A DNA stretch of 64,000 nucleotides, taken from the NCBI GenBank assembly GCA_965208125.1, contig OZ242320.1:928001-992000 (forward strand), written 5' to 3'. Below are positions 19,771 through 30,322 of the stretch, piece by piece (position 1 is the stretch's first letter; each line of letters starts with the position of its first letter). Both the position numbers and the translations under genes were made by a program. The notes under the pieces are model-generated. The model was not told the DNA's origin and searched no databases. It saw only the letters and a program-made list of their open reading frames with translations. Origin of the DNA: Candidatus Latescibacterota bacterium. Lineage in GTDB: Bacteria; Latescibacterota; UBA2968.

Positions 19771-20712
19771 CTAAAGCCCTGCGGCGAAAAACTCTTCAAA
19801 CACCTCATCGGAAACCGTTGCACACGCCGCGCGCACATTGGCTTCGAGTTGCGCCTTATTCAGGCTACCGAGTGGATTGCCGTGGATGCGAGACTCTCGG
19901 ATAGAAAATTGCAAAGTCAGTTCGAGCAAGTTATACCCGCGTTCCTCGCACCACAGACGCATATTCTCGGCACGCTCGTGATCTTCTCGCCAGCGATCGC
20001 GGGGCACAAAATTTTCCACCGGCACACCCGTGAGATAACCGCGCATAATTGACCAGCCATTCATCACGCCCAGATCGCGCGCAGCAGCAGCGGGCAAAAT
20101 ATCTTCGCTAATAGTTTGCTGCAAAAGATTGTGATCCCCAAAACACAGGAAACAATCCGTGCGCCCCGATTCTATCTGCGCCAGATGAAAATCGTGGGGC
20201 CGCATTCCGTATCCAATAAAATTGACCCAACCCCGCTCTCGCGCTTTTTCCAATCCCTCCAGCGTACCACCCGAAGTCAGCGTAGCCTCAATACTCCACG
20301 GATCGTGAATAAAGAGCACATCGAAATAATCAATCCCCAAAATCTCGATCTGGTCTTCTATATCGGCAAGCGCGTGCTCGGTTGAATAATCGGGATCTCC
20401 ATCTCCATACCCCCCCCACTTCGCGGCACTGTGACAGCAAACGCGCCCGCTAATAATGATCTCATCGCGCTCGACAACGCCCTGTTTAATCGCAAGACCG
20501 AGTTTTCGAAGCGAATCGCCATAACACCGCGCACAATCGAAGTGATTGACGCCAATATCCACCGCAAACCGAATGAGATCTGCGGCTTCATCATCGGTAA
20601 CAGGACCAAAATTGTTGCCAAACCCCTGCGTACCAAAGGGAATAACGGGAATAGAAAGTTCTGTTTTGCCCCAGCGCCGACGCGGGACTTGAAGAGTGGC
20701 TTTTTCAATCAT
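19771..20712 (-). CDS. Aldo/keto reductase family protein
   Basis: RRWGKTELSIPVIPFG, GVNHFDCARCYG, IDYFDVLFIHDP. Confidence 0.8.
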   Translation of the reverse strand: MIEKATLQVPRRRWGKTELSIPVIPFGTQGFGNNFGPVTDDEAADLIRFAVDIGVNHFDCARCYGDSLRKLGLAIKQGVVERDEIIISGRVCCHSAAKWGGYGDGDPDYSTEHALADIEDQIEILGIDYFDVLFIHDPWSIEATLTSGGTLEGLEKARERGWVNFIGYGMRPHDFHLAQIESGRTDCFLCFGDHNLLQQTISEDILPAAAARDLGVMNGWSIMRGYLTGVPVENFVPRDRWREDHERAENMRLWCEERGYNLLELTLQFSIRESRIHGNPLGSLNKAQLEANVRAACATVSDEVFEEFFAAGL

Positions 20713-21098
20713 GTCAAAGGGTCTCCATCATCCAGTGCATATTCCTTCAACGTATCCAAATCGACAAACTCGAGCGTAGAAATATGCGTACCCGAAAGAT
20801 AAACGGGAGGTGCAAAACCCGCATTGAGTGCTTCAACCCAGCGCTGGACACACAAACACCAGCGATCACCCGGCACAAGACCGGGAAAGCGCAATTCGGG
20901 CACAGGCGTACTCAGGTCATTGCCCGCAGACTGGGAAAACGCCAAAAATTCTTCCGTCATCTCCGCACAGAGAATATGCAACCCCAGATCGCCCGGACCC
21001 GTGCGACAACATCCATCTCGAAAAAAACCCGTCATAGGATCGGTACAACAATCCTCGAGTTCCTCGCCCAAAACATTTTTACCGCGATTCATTTTCAC
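20709..21098 (-). CDS. DUF2237 family protein
   Basis: NVLGEEL.DCC..PMTGFFRDGCC, GNDLSTP, WCLC..RW. Confidence 0.9.
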   Translation of the reverse strand: MKMNRGKNVLGEELEDCCTDPMTGFFRDGCCRTGPGDLGLHILCAEMTEEFLAFSQSAGNDLSTPVPELRFPGLVPGDRWCLCVQRWVEALNAGFAPPVYLSGTHISTLEFVDLDTLKEYALDDGDPLT

Positions 21099-21106
21099 TC
21101 CAGCGT

Positions 21107-22447
21107 TTAATTTGTATAAGGCACAGTACCGCTCTCATTCACCGTATATCCCCATTGCCGAATATAGTCTGCACCGGGCAGAAATTCATCGCCTTGTGCA
21201 TCGAGGCGGTGCTGGAGCCAGGCATCCAACTCGCTGCACAAATCCGCGCATTCGGGATCATCAACGAGATTATTCAACTGAAAGGGATCGGCATCGTTAT
21301 CATAGAGCAACCACGGCCCATCGAGCGAGCGAACATACGTGTATTGCCCCGTCCGCAAGCCGCGATATTCGCGCGCGCCCCTATCGCGCGTCCACTGCCC
21401 AAAAGGCTGCGGACATTGTAAAAGCGCGGCACCATCAGATGGATTCTCACCTCCCATAAGATAATCCGAAAAATCCAAACCCTCAACCGTATCGGGAACA
21501 TCGATCCCGCAAAGCCCCAAAAGCGTGGGCATAATGTCCGGTATATCAATAGGATCATGGACCTCCCGTCCCTCCAACCCAAATTGCGCCGGCCATCGCA
21601 ACAAAAACGGAATGCGAATAGACTCCTCCCACGGCTGTTGCTTTTTCGCACTCCCCTGTGAACCGAGCATATCGCCGTGATCCGAAAAAAAGAGCAAAAG
21701 CGTATCGTCGGCTATACCCTTATCGTCCAGCGTCTGGAGCAAATCGCCCATACAATCGTCCAGCGCCGTGCAATGGGCATAATAGCCCGCAATCCATTCT
21801 CGGGCATTTGCTTCGGATTCTGGTGGCACATTCTCGCGCAGCGGCACATCCTCGGGGCGATACATCGCGCGGTATTTCTCGGGCGCAGTCTCATAAGGCG
21901 CGTGCGGTGGTCCCCATGAAAGCACCAACAAAAAGGGATTCTCCGAGTCGTGATTCTGGATGTATTCTTGCACATCGCGCGTCTGTGCAATCGCGTCGTA
22001 TCCCTCCCATGTGAGCTTCTCATCGGAATCATTCGCATAATAAAAAGACCCATTGTAATTGTGCGTACACTCCAGCACCTTCCAATAATCAAACCCCTGC
22101 CGATTTTCGGGAGGAATATAATTGGATCGCCCATTTGCATTCACATGCCATTTGCCCACATAAGCGGTATCGTATCCCGCATTCTTAAAAGCCTGTGCCA
22201 GACTAACAGCCCTATCGCTTAAATGAACATCATTGACAAAAACGCCATGCGTGAGCGGATATTGACCCGTCAGCAGAGACGCCCGCGCCGGGCAACAAAC
22301 CGAACAACCCGAAACCGCGTGTGTCGCATTGATACTTTGAGACGCGAGACGGTCGATATTAGGCGTTTGCACACACGTATTGCCGGCATAACCAAATGCC
22401 TGAGCGCGCCACTGATCGCCAAAAATGAGAATGACATTACTGGCCAT
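21107..22447 (-). CDS. Sulfatase (Cys-type)
   Basis: CCPARA (CxPxR), GKWH, SDHGD. Confidence 0.93.
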   Translation of the reverse strand: MASNVILIFGDQWRAQAFGYAGNTCVQTPNIDRLASQSINATHAVSGCSVCCPARASLLTGQYPLTHGVFVNDVHLSDRAVSLAQAFKNAGYDTAYVGKWHVNANGRSNYIPPENRQGFDYWKVLECTHNYNGSFYYANDSDEKLTWEGYDAIAQTRDVQEYIQNHDSENPFLLVLSWGPPHAPYETAPEKYRAMYRPEDVPLRENVPPESEANAREWIAGYYAHCTALDDCMGDLLQTLDDKGIADDTLLLFFSDHGDMLGSQGSAKKQQPWEESIRIPFLLRWPAQFGLEGREVHDPIDIPDIMPTLLGLCGIDVPDTVEGLDFSDYLMGGENPSDGAALLQCPQPFGQWTRDRGAREYRGLRTGQYTYVRSLDGPWLLYDNDADPFQLNNLVDDPECADLCSELDAWLQHRLDAQGDEFLPGADYIRQWGYTVNESGTVPYTN

Positions 22448-22566
22448 AAAAAATCCTTTGCATTAAAATGTAATCCCATAAAAAACTGAAACTATATTAT
22501 AAACCAACACGCCCCTTGTCAATGTATCTGACAAGAGGCAAAGATGATGCGTTATCCGCCACACCC

Positions 22567-24936
22567 TCAAAACCGCACAAACCCAACACTCACAAAAAAC
22601 CCCGGTGCATCCAAACGCTTTGAAAAATCCAAACGGAATAAATTAAATAGCCCGTTAATCGACACACCCAATTCGTGGTGAAAACCGTCTGTATATTGCG
22701 GCGCGTAATCCAATAACGCGCGATCTCCAAACCACGTGCGCCCGTGCCCGCCGTGAACAATCAAACCAATATTGCGCTCCGCAGCCCACCGCCAGCCGAT
22801 TAACTCAAACGGAACAGTGCGAAAATTGTGCTCCCAGAACACCCCCAGCACCTTCTCACCCTCATAAGGGCGCTCTACTCGCGTTCGAAATCCCCCGAAT
22901 ATCGAAACCCTGCTCAATAGCACCCCTAAATCCAAAATCTCAAAACGTTGCCTGGGCAGTGTCCCCAAAAACGCGCTACCAACAACGCGCACATCGAGCA
23001 CATTGGGCAACAAACGCCGCTTAAACATCGTCTCAATCCGCCAATCCAACAGCATCCGAACCTGTGTAAAATCAAAATCACTACCAAATCCCGACCGGCT
23101 GTGTTCAACCTCCAATGCGATTTTTCGTTTCCCAAAAATGAGTGCGGGTCCCGAATTTTTACCCTCGATATCCGCACGCAAAAACACAGAACGCAAATTG
23201 CCCGGATCAATGCCTGGATTGGGCCGTTGCACATCAATATCCCCACCCAAATGCCAATCCGTCGTCTTCTCCACCGAACTGTGTTGCGCGACATTAATCC
23301 CACCGCTCAACCGCACACCCGACCTTCGCGGACGACCAAACCGATAGCCCGCAGTGCCCTTTACACTCTCGCGCCAGAAAAAATCAAAATAATCTTCTAA
23401 ACCTCTAATCTGCCGCAAACTGACCTCGTATCGGCTATACAGTCTCGACCGATGGCGTGTATCTGTTCCGCGAAATCCCTCGAGCGAAACAAAACCCCTG
23501 TTGCTCGCCCCCCAGCGCACCGTCGCCTTGCCATTCAAAGACCACCTTTCCAAACCAAAATTATATGCGCCTCCACCTGCAAAAGCCACTCGGCTTCGAC
23601 TTGATCCCGAAGAAATTTTTGAACCCAGATGCCCACCATCCACGCGATTGAACCATATATCGGGATCAACTCGAAACGGCAACTTGCGCCCCTTCTCACC
23701 GTCCTTCTTTTCTTTTTCTTCATCCTCCTTCACAAAACGCGCCAAAAACCCCTTCGGCTCATACGCTTTATCCAGCGTCATCGTGCTGTCAATGCGCGCA
23801 TAAGCCTCTTGCTCGATATCATCCAACGGCACGGCGAGTGCTGTTTGAACCAACAAACTATCCTGTTCCACACGCACAGAATCCACCACCACAATGCGAT
23901 CCTGTTCATAAAGCGAATCGGGCAACGCGACATTCACCTCATACCCCGTCAACCGAGAAACGCGCTGTCTCTCAAAAGGCGGAAATTTTAAACCAACCAT
24001 CCCAATTTCAATATTTATATCCGACTGATATCCCACCGGCAAATAGTAATCACCGCCGAAATTGCTAAACTGCTGGCGCATAGTAATGGTAAATTCGCGA
24101 ACAGGCGGAGGAAACAAAAACGCCCGATTTGGCGTCAATTCCACCTCCACGAGCGCGTACACACTATCGAGCACAGCTACGCGACCATTAAAAGCCGTCT
24201 TGAGGCTGTGTTTGGGTTTCACGTCAATATCGTAAATAATGCGATCATCCATTTTGCGGCGGCCTGTGAGCACAAAATCATAGTGATCCAGTGCATCGGG
24301 ATGCGTAACACCGATCAAACGATGACCGACAAGTACTGTCTCATCATCGTACAAATTCACACCTGCAGCCGCAGGCAAAGCAAAATCCAAATCCAAATTC
24401 TCTGTCTCGCGTTTATCCTTAACGACCTCCCGCCATCCCTTTTTTTTATCCCAAAAACCATCAGACAAGCTCTCGACAATCGCGACAATCTCGGTATCCT
24501 TGTGCAAAACAAACCGCGAATAAGCCTCGACGCGAAACGTCTCCAGACTATCCCACCACGTTTGCTTCTGCGCGATGACCTTACGCATAATATTCGGGCC
24601 CATATCCTCAGCCGTCACCACGAGCGTCTCCAGCTCAATTGGCACTGGCTCCAGGGCAAAATCGCGCACATCGGCTGCGTCCTCCGTCACCTGGTATTGC
24701 TGCGACCGATAGCCGATATAGCGCACCTCCACCACCGCGGGAAGAGAGCGCAAAGACAGCACATACTTCCCCTCGGTATTTGAAATCGTACCATCATAAG
24801 CCCCAAGAACATGCACCGTCGCAGCGGGAAGCGGCTCTCCTGTTGACGCATCGGTCACAGTGCCCTGAATCACCTTTGCCTGCGCCTGAGTAGTGAAGAA
24901 AAGAAAGGCAAATAGCCAGACCCATCGTGTTGTCAT
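22567..24936 (-). CDS. Outer-membrane protein with a carboxypeptidase-regulatory-like domain and a DUF5686-like region
   Basis: Signal peptide, IQGTVTDASTGEPLPAATV...YIGY, C-terminal Phe. Start is 24936 or 24951. Confidence 0.7.
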   Translation of the reverse strand: MTTRWVWLFAFLFFTTQAQAKVIQGTVTDASTGEPLPAATVHVLGAYDGTISNTEGKYVLSLRSLPAVVEVRYIGYRSQQYQVTEDAADVRDFALEPVPIELETLVVTAEDMGPNIMRKVIAQKQTWWDSLETFRVEAYSRFVLHKDTEIVAIVESLSDGFWDKKKGWREVVKDKRETENLDLDFALPAAAGVNLYDDETVLVGHRLIGVTHPDALDHYDFVLTGRRKMDDRIIYDIDVKPKHSLKTAFNGRVAVLDSVYALVEVELTPNRAFLFPPPVREFTITMRQQFSNFGGDYYLPVGYQSDINIEIGMVGLKFPPFERQRVSRLTGYEVNVALPDSLYEQDRIVVVDSVRVEQDSLLVQTALAVPLDDIEQEAYARIDSTMTLDKAYEPKGFLARFVKEDEEKEKKDGEKGRKLPFRVDPDIWFNRVDGGHLGSKISSGSSRSRVAFAGGGAYNFGLERWSLNGKATVRWGASNRGFVSLEGFRGTDTRHRSRLYSRYEVSLRQIRGLEDYFDFFWRESVKGTAGYRFGRPRRSGVRLSGGINVAQHSSVEKTTDWHLGGDIDVQRPNPGIDPGNLRSVFLRADIEGKNSGPALIFGKRKIALEVEHSRSGFGSDFDFTQVRMLLDWRIETMFKRRLLPNVLDVRVVGSAFLGTLPRQRFEILDLGVLLSRVSIFGGFRTRVERPYEGEKVLGVFWEHNFRTVPFELIGWRWAAERNIGLIVHGGHGRTWFGDRALLDYAPQYTDGFHHELGVSINGLFNLFRLDFSKRLDAPGFFVSVGFVRF

Positions 24937-24967
24937 AATCTTTTTTACCATCTCGCGCTTCAAACTC

Positions 24968-25783
24968 TCATATTTCCGCGCGTTTTTCATACATCACAAG
25001 CCCAATGATCATAAAGATGACACCCATCAAAATTGTAAAAAAATAAATATCTACACTCGTTTTCAAAAAAATGGTACTTTCACTATAAGCAAAAGGAAGT
25101 ATCGGCATCAGTAAACTTTTAAAAACACTCAGACCTTGAAGTATAAAAAAACCAAAAGATAAAAATAAAATAAAAGAAGCAACCGCAGCCAATCGCCGAT
25201 ACCGCTTAACTGAAAACTTCACTCCTTCCGTACCTGTTACAATACCAAAAATAAACATCATATAAGTCGCAAGCTCCAAACTCGCTACCAGAACAAAATC
25301 AAAAAACAGCATACGCTCTACTCCAAATATAACTCTATATATAAACTTAGACTCTGCCTCTCCCAACAAGTCGGCAACATGCGCTATCGACAAATACACA
25401 CTGCCAATAACAATCCCACCACCCACAAAGCCTACACTCGCAACCGCAGCGATCTTTGCCAAAATCACCGTATATTGCGACAACGGCAGTGCAAACATCT
25501 GATAATGCGTTTCTGATCGCCATTCGGAATTGAAGGCGTGCGCCAGCAAAAAGGGCAGACTCAGAACGAGGATAGTTTTTGTCAGACTGATGGGCAACGT
25601 AACGGTTATCAGAAATTTGATGATCGTCCCCATCTGTTCTTGTGCAACAAGCTGTTCTTGCGAAACATTTGCCACCTTCATAAGCCCATACGCATTTATC
25701 CCAGCAACCAAAAGGAGCAAAAACAAAAAAAGCATTTTATTTGCTTTGAGTTCTTTCATATACAGCGTAAAAAATGATTTCAT
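24968..25783 (-). CDS. ABC-2-type permease, paralog 1
   Basis: About six hydrophobic segments; shares MK.FF.LY.KELKA, LSLPFLLAHAFNSEW.SETHYQMFALP and YEKRAEI with paralogs 2-4. Confidence 0.75.
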   Translation of the reverse strand: MKSFFTLYMKELKANKMLFLFLLLLVAGINAYGLMKVANVSQEQLVAQEQMGTIIKFLITVTLPISLTKTILVLSLPFLLAHAFNSEWRSETHYQMFALPLSQYTVILAKIAAVASVGFVGGGIVIGSVYLSIAHVADLLGEAESKFIYRVIFGVERMLFFDFVLVASLELATYMMFIFGIVTGTEGVKFSVKRYRRLAAVASFILFLSFGFFILQGLSVFKSLLMPILPFAYSESTIFLKTSVDIYFFTILMGVIFMIIGLVMYEKRAEI

Positions 25784-25833
25784 GTCACGATTCCAGATAA
25801 AGAGTATTCGACCGTCATTACACAATTTGGATT

Positions 25834-26601
25834 TTATATTTCCGCGCGTTTTTCATACATCACAAGCCCAGTGATCATGAATATAATACCCGTAAGAATG
25901 GTATAGACAAAAGGTGCCACATCTGTATTACCAAAAGGAGGCATCGCAATTTGTCCTAAGAATTCAAACGCCCTCTCCCCTTGCAGGAAAAGCCAGCCAT
26001 ATAAAAATACGGATACCAGACAAAAAGCAATCGCAGTCAATCCCCGATACCGCTTAACCGAAAACTTCACTCCCTCCATCCCGGTCACAAGACCGAGAAT
26101 GAAAACCATATACGTCACAAGAATCAAGCCAGTCACCAGAGTAAAATGGGCAAATGACATCAACTCTATTACGCCATCTACAAACTCGGCCTTACGCACC
26201 ATCCATAAATACAGACTACAAATTACAATCCCACTACCTACAATGCCTACACTCGTGATCGCAGCGATCTTTGCCAAAATCACCGTATATTGCGACAACG
26301 GCAGTGCAAACATCTGATAATGCGTTTCGGATCGCCACTCGGAATTGAAGACCTGCGCCAGCAAAAAGGGCAGACTCAGAACGAGAGTAAAAACAGCCAG
26401 CATTGGCCAGAAATAGCTGAAACTCGGCCAAAGAATAAAAGGAAGATTATCGCCGGACTCGATCACATCCTTAAAATGCCAAACATATTCTACCTGCATA
26501 ATCCCATAAGCATTCATCCCCGCAATTAAAAGCAGCACAAATAAAAAAAGGATTTTATGCGCTTTGAGTTCCTTCACATATAATGCAAAAAATTGTTTCA
26601 T
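25834..26601 (-). CDS. ABC-2-type permease, paralog 2
   Basis: Same conserved blocks as the other three paralogs. Confidence 0.75.
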   Translation of the reverse strand: MKQFFALYVKELKAHKILFLFVLLLIAGMNAYGIMQVEYVWHFKDVIESGDNLPFILWPSFSYFWPMLAVFTLVLSLPFLLAQVFNSEWRSETHYQMFALPLSQYTVILAKIAAITSVGIVGSGIVICSLYLWMVRKAEFVDGVIELMSFAHFTLVTGLILVTYMVFILGLVTGMEGVKFSVKRYRGLTAIAFCLVSVFLYGWLFLQGERAFEFLGQIAMPPFGNTDVAPFVYTILTGIIFMITGLVMYEKRAEI

Positions 26602-26632
26602 ATCACGATCCCAGATAAAGGATGTTGGAAAA

Positions 26633-26707
26633 CTGGATCGCGGCTAAAAGCCTGCCGCGATGACAATCGCAAGATCAATATGCACAGTCTTTTTTATCAT
26701 GCAGTAG
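26633..26707. repeat. Palindromic dispersed repeat (RPE/REP-like), copy 1
   Basis: ctggatcgcggctaaaagcctgccgcgatgacaatcgcaag; further copies at 34751-34783 and 36343-36424. Confidence 0.8.
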
Positions 26708-26715
26708 TTCATCCA

Positions 26716-28308
26716 CTATTTGAGTAATTGTATTGCCATCTCTATAACCGGATCTCTCTCCATAACACTATCTGAAGGTGAGACCGCAACGTGAATATCT
26801 GGAGGAATACCAACGTCTTCATACAGAACATTGTCAGCCGAAGACCACTTTCCCGTGGAGACTCTATATTCCCAACCATTGGGCAATTTCTTACGGGTAG
26901 GACTCCCCTGGCCTCCAAATGTCGTGTCCCCTACTGTCCTGACATAAGGGAATCGCTTCATCGCCAATACGAAATATTCTCCAGAACTTATTACTTGTCT
27001 ATCTGTGAGTACAATAATGGATTTGGTAAATTGTTTGTCTCCAGCAGGCTTGACATATTTTTTTGTAATACGACCAAAATCTGAATGTCCAGACCCATCG
27101 CGCCTTTGTACAAGAGCGGACACTCTCTTCTGGTCTGCAAAGCGTCCCACTATTGCATCCACGTTGCGGCTACTTCCTCCGTTATTGCCTCTTACATCCA
27201 CAATTAAACCCTTATGATGAAAAAATTCGTTCACAATAGGGTCTATCGCCTCTACCCAGGCGCTGCCATTCCTGATGCTAAAAGACGCGATGTGTAAATA
27301 GCCTATCGCATCAGAAATTTGACCAGAAGTAAAAAAATTATCCCCTGTGGTTTGAAATCCAGCGTTCAAGTATTTACTCTTTACAAAATCCAAATTTAGA
27401 GTTCCTTCAGGTCGTCTATTTGCAGAATTGAAATTCTCGAACGGCATGGTTAGAGTAACATGAACATCATCTAAATGAGTTAGCATTGAAGATAAAATAG
27501 CAAAAAGCTCAGAATTATCTGTCTGGTCAGTAACCTGCGGCGCGTATATGTCATATAGAGCCTGCCAATTGACATTTTTGGACTCAAAAAAAACATAATA
27601 GTGGTCAAATTCGTTCCATAAAATTTGGAAATTTTTCTCAGGATCAGCGTCAACCTGGGTTTCGTTAAGCAACATAGGCAAGATGTGTTGGGCTTGATCA
27701 TAGTCTTGCTCGGCTGCCTTGCGAACCCACTTTACAGCCTCCTCTCGGTCCCGCTCTACACCCCAGCCTTTGTAATACATATGGCCAAGAAAGTACTGCG
27801 CTCTGTCTAATCCTTGCCCGGCTGCCTTGTGAACCCACTTCACAGCCTCCTCTTCATCTTGTCCCACGGTCTTAACTTTGTAATGCAGTTCACCGAGGTA
27901 AAACTGGGCTTTGGCATGACCTTGCTCGGCTGCCTTGAGAAGCCATTTTTCTGCCTCTTCTCCATCTTGATCTACACCCTGACCTTTGTAATACATATAG
28001 CCAAGAAGGTACTGGGCTTTGACATCTCCTTGTTCGGCAGCTTTGCGAAGCCACTTCACGGTCGCCGCTCCATCTTGACCTACGCCCCTGCCTTTATAAT
28101 ACATATAACCGAGAAGGTACTGGGCTTCAGCATGTCCTTGCTCAGCGAGCGGTCGCAATTCTTTGAGTGCCGTCGCGTAGTCACCCCGGTTATATGCCTT
28201 CCTACCATCCTGGTAATCCCCCCACGCCAACGATGGCGCAATGAACAGACATAGCGACAGAATGAAAAGCAAGCGTCGGAGTTCGGTTTTTCGTCCATTA
28301 TCAGTCAT
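26716..28308 (-). CDS. Secreted Sel1-repeat + S41 peptidase fusion
   Basis: Signal peptide, about four 36-aa Sel1 repeats (W..KAAEQG...AQ..LG..Y), DVRGNNGG, VISSGEYF, GIPPDI. Confidence 0.85.
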   Translation of the reverse strand: MTDNGRKTELRRLLFILSLCLFIAPSLAWGDYQDGRKAYNRGDYATALKELRPLAEQGHAEAQYLLGYMYYKGRGVGQDGAATVKWLRKAAEQGDVKAQYLLGYMYYKGQGVDQDGEEAEKWLLKAAEQGHAKAQFYLGELHYKVKTVGQDEEEAVKWVHKAAGQGLDRAQYFLGHMYYKGWGVERDREEAVKWVRKAAEQDYDQAQHILPMLLNETQVDADPEKNFQILWNEFDHYYVFFESKNVNWQALYDIYAPQVTDQTDNSELFAILSSMLTHLDDVHVTLTMPFENFNSANRRPEGTLNLDFVKSKYLNAGFQTTGDNFFTSGQISDAIGYLHIASFSIRNGSAWVEAIDPIVNEFFHHKGLIVDVRGNNGGSSRNVDAIVGRFADQKRVSALVQRRDGSGHSDFGRITKKYVKPAGDKQFTKSIIVLTDRQVISSGEYFVLAMKRFPYVRTVGDTTFGGQGSPTRKKLPNGWEYRVSTGKWSSADNVLYEDVGIPPDIHVAVSPSDSVMERDPVIEMAIQLLK

Positions 28309-28377
28309 CGCAGAACCCCTCTGTTTTGGGTCTGGGATTTTGCAAGATGTACGACGGGTTGTTGCATAATTCGGAAT

Positions 28378-29124
28378 TTATATTTCCGCGCGTCTTTCAT
28401 ACATCACAAGCCCAATGATCATAAAGATGATACCCGTAAGAATGGTATAGACAAACGGCGCCCACGCTATTTGTCCAGAAGGCGTAGGAAGGATTGAGAT
28501 TTGCCCTAAAAAATCTAACGCCATCTTCCCTTGCTGAAAAAATCGGATGTATAAAAACACGGCAAGTGCAAAAAAAGCGACCGCAGCCAATCCCCGATAC
28601 CGTTTAACCGAAAACTTTATCCCTTCCATCCCGGTCACAAGTCCGAGAATGAAAACCATATATGTCACAAGCCCTAAACCACACATAAAAACAAAATCCC
28701 AAAATAAGGTAACCTCCATCCCATCAAATGAAAGAATTTGACCTGGCAGGTTGGCCAAAATCAGTAAATACAGGCTCCCAATAACAATCCCACCACCTAC
28801 AAAGCCGATACTCGCGACCACAGCGACCTTTGCCAGAATCACCGTGTATTGTGATACCGGCAACGCAAACATCTGATAATGCGTTTCTGATTTCCACTCA
28901 GAATTGAAGGCGTGCGCCAACAAAAAGGGCAGACTGAGAAGAACGAGAAAAATTGCTATCGTCGTCCAAATAAATATCTGTTTGAATGCCTCTTCGAAAT
29001 CCAAACCATCTTCTATTCGGATAAGCCCATACGCATTCAACCCCGCGATCAAAAGCAACAAAAATAGAAAAAGGGTTTTATTTGCCTTAAGTTCTTTCAA
29101 ATACAGCGCAAAAAATGGTTTCAT
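28378..29124 (-). CDS. ABC-2-type permease, paralog 3
   Basis: Conserved blocks; AAGGAG RBS before ATG 29124. Confidence 0.75.
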   Translation of the reverse strand: MKPFFALYLKELKANKTLFLFLLLLIAGLNAYGLIRIEDGLDFEEAFKQIFIWTTIAIFLVLLSLPFLLAHAFNSEWKSETHYQMFALPVSQYTVILAKVAVVASIGFVGGGIVIGSLYLLILANLPGQILSFDGMEVTLFWDFVFMCGLGLVTYMVFILGLVTGMEGIKFSVKRYRGLAAVAFFALAVFLYIRFFQQGKMALDFLGQISILPTPSGQIAWAPFVYTILTGIIFMIIGLVMYERRAEI

Positions 29125-29220
29125 GTCATACTCCTTGAAAGCAGGGGACATGCCGCGAATGACGGGCGGCACGGGGGCACCGCCCCTACATTGATGTAGG
29201 GACGTAGAGACACCGCCCTC

Positions 29221-29913
29221 TTACATTGCCACCATCTCAAACATCTCTGAAAGCGATTCCCCGCGTTCCTCACGCAGCGCATCTGCATTGCCGGAAAGGG
29301 CGATCTCGCCCTCTTTCATAAACATCACATCTTCGATAAACTCGCCCACTTCGTGGACCAGATGCGTCGAAATCAAAATCGTCTGCTCGCCAAAGCGAAA
29401 CTCGCTAAACAACGCTTCCACAATGCGTTTGCGCGACGGGGGATCAATACCGGATAGTGGCTCATCCATCAAAACCAGATCACTCGGCCAAGAAAACGCA
29501 CACACCACCTTCAGCCGTCCCTGTTGCCCCCGCGAAAGCGCACCCACCTTCTTATCCTCATCCAGCCCCATAAAACTCAGCAACTCGCGCGACTTATCCA
29601 TATCCCACATCGGATAAAAACGCGCCAGAAACTCCACCTGCTCCATCACCTTCATCCAATCGTAAAACGGATTGATCTCAGCCAAATAAGCCACATGCTG
29701 TCGGGTCTTCACACTCACCTCTTGCCCCATCACCTCGGCGGAACCCCGCGACGGACGGGTCAAACCAGCCAGAATGCGAAACAGCGTACTCTTCCCGCTG
29801 CCATTTTCGCCCAACACACCTTGCACGCGCCCGCGCTCAACCTGAAAAGAAACACCGCGCAGCGCCCACGCGCCTGGATATCGTTTCCAAACATCTTGAA
29901 CATCGATCATCAT
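29221..29913 (-). CDS. ABC transporter ATP-binding protein (YtrB/YhcG-like)
   Basis: GENGSGKST, LSRGQ, LMDEP, ISTH. Confidence 0.93.
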   Translation of the reverse strand: MMIDVQDVWKRYPGAWALRGVSFQVERGRVQGVLGENGSGKSTLFRILAGLTRPSRGSAEVMGQEVSVKTRQHVAYLAEINPFYDWMKVMEQVEFLARFYPMWDMDKSRELLSFMGLDEDKKVGALSRGQQGRLKVVCAFSWPSDLVLMDEPLSGIDPPSRKRIVEALFSEFRFGEQTILISTHLVHEVGEFIEDVMFMKEGEIALSGNADALREERGESLSEMFEMVAM

Positions 29914-30281
29914 GTCAAATCCTCCTCTATAGCGCGCAACAAATCGGCAATTTGCTCGCTGGAAAGATCCAATTCTCCAACCTCTGCAACAAACCGCGCA
30001 ACAGCACTCTGTGCCAACGCCCGTTTCTCAGCCTCAATCTTCTTACCATCCTCCGTAACGAACGAACCCTGCCCGCGCCGCGTAAAAACAAACCCCTCTC
30101 GCTCAAGCTCTGCATAAGCCCGCGCCATCGTATTGGGATTCACGCCCATTTCTTTCGCCATATCCCGCACCGAAGGCAACTTTGACCCCGGCGAATAAAC
30201 CCCGCGCACCGAACGCTTTTTGATCTCGCCGATAATTTGCAGATAAATAGGTGCATTCGGATCAAACTCATGAGGTGGCAT
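29910..30281 (-). CDS. GntR family regulator, YtrA subfamily
   Basis: 123 aa; PIYLQI, KLPSVRDMA..GVNPNT, RRGQGSFV; short C-terminal domain; overlaps the ABC ATPase gene. Confidence 0.92.
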   Translation of the reverse strand: MPPHEFDPNAPIYLQIIGEIKKRSVRGVYSPGSKLPSVRDMAKEMGVNPNTMARAYAELEREGFVFTRRGQGSFVTEDGKKIEAEKRALAQSAVARFVAEVGELDLSSEQIADLLRAIEEDLT

Positions 30282-30322
30282 ACAAATGCCTCCTGACTCT
30301 TTGTACGATCATAAACCGGATA

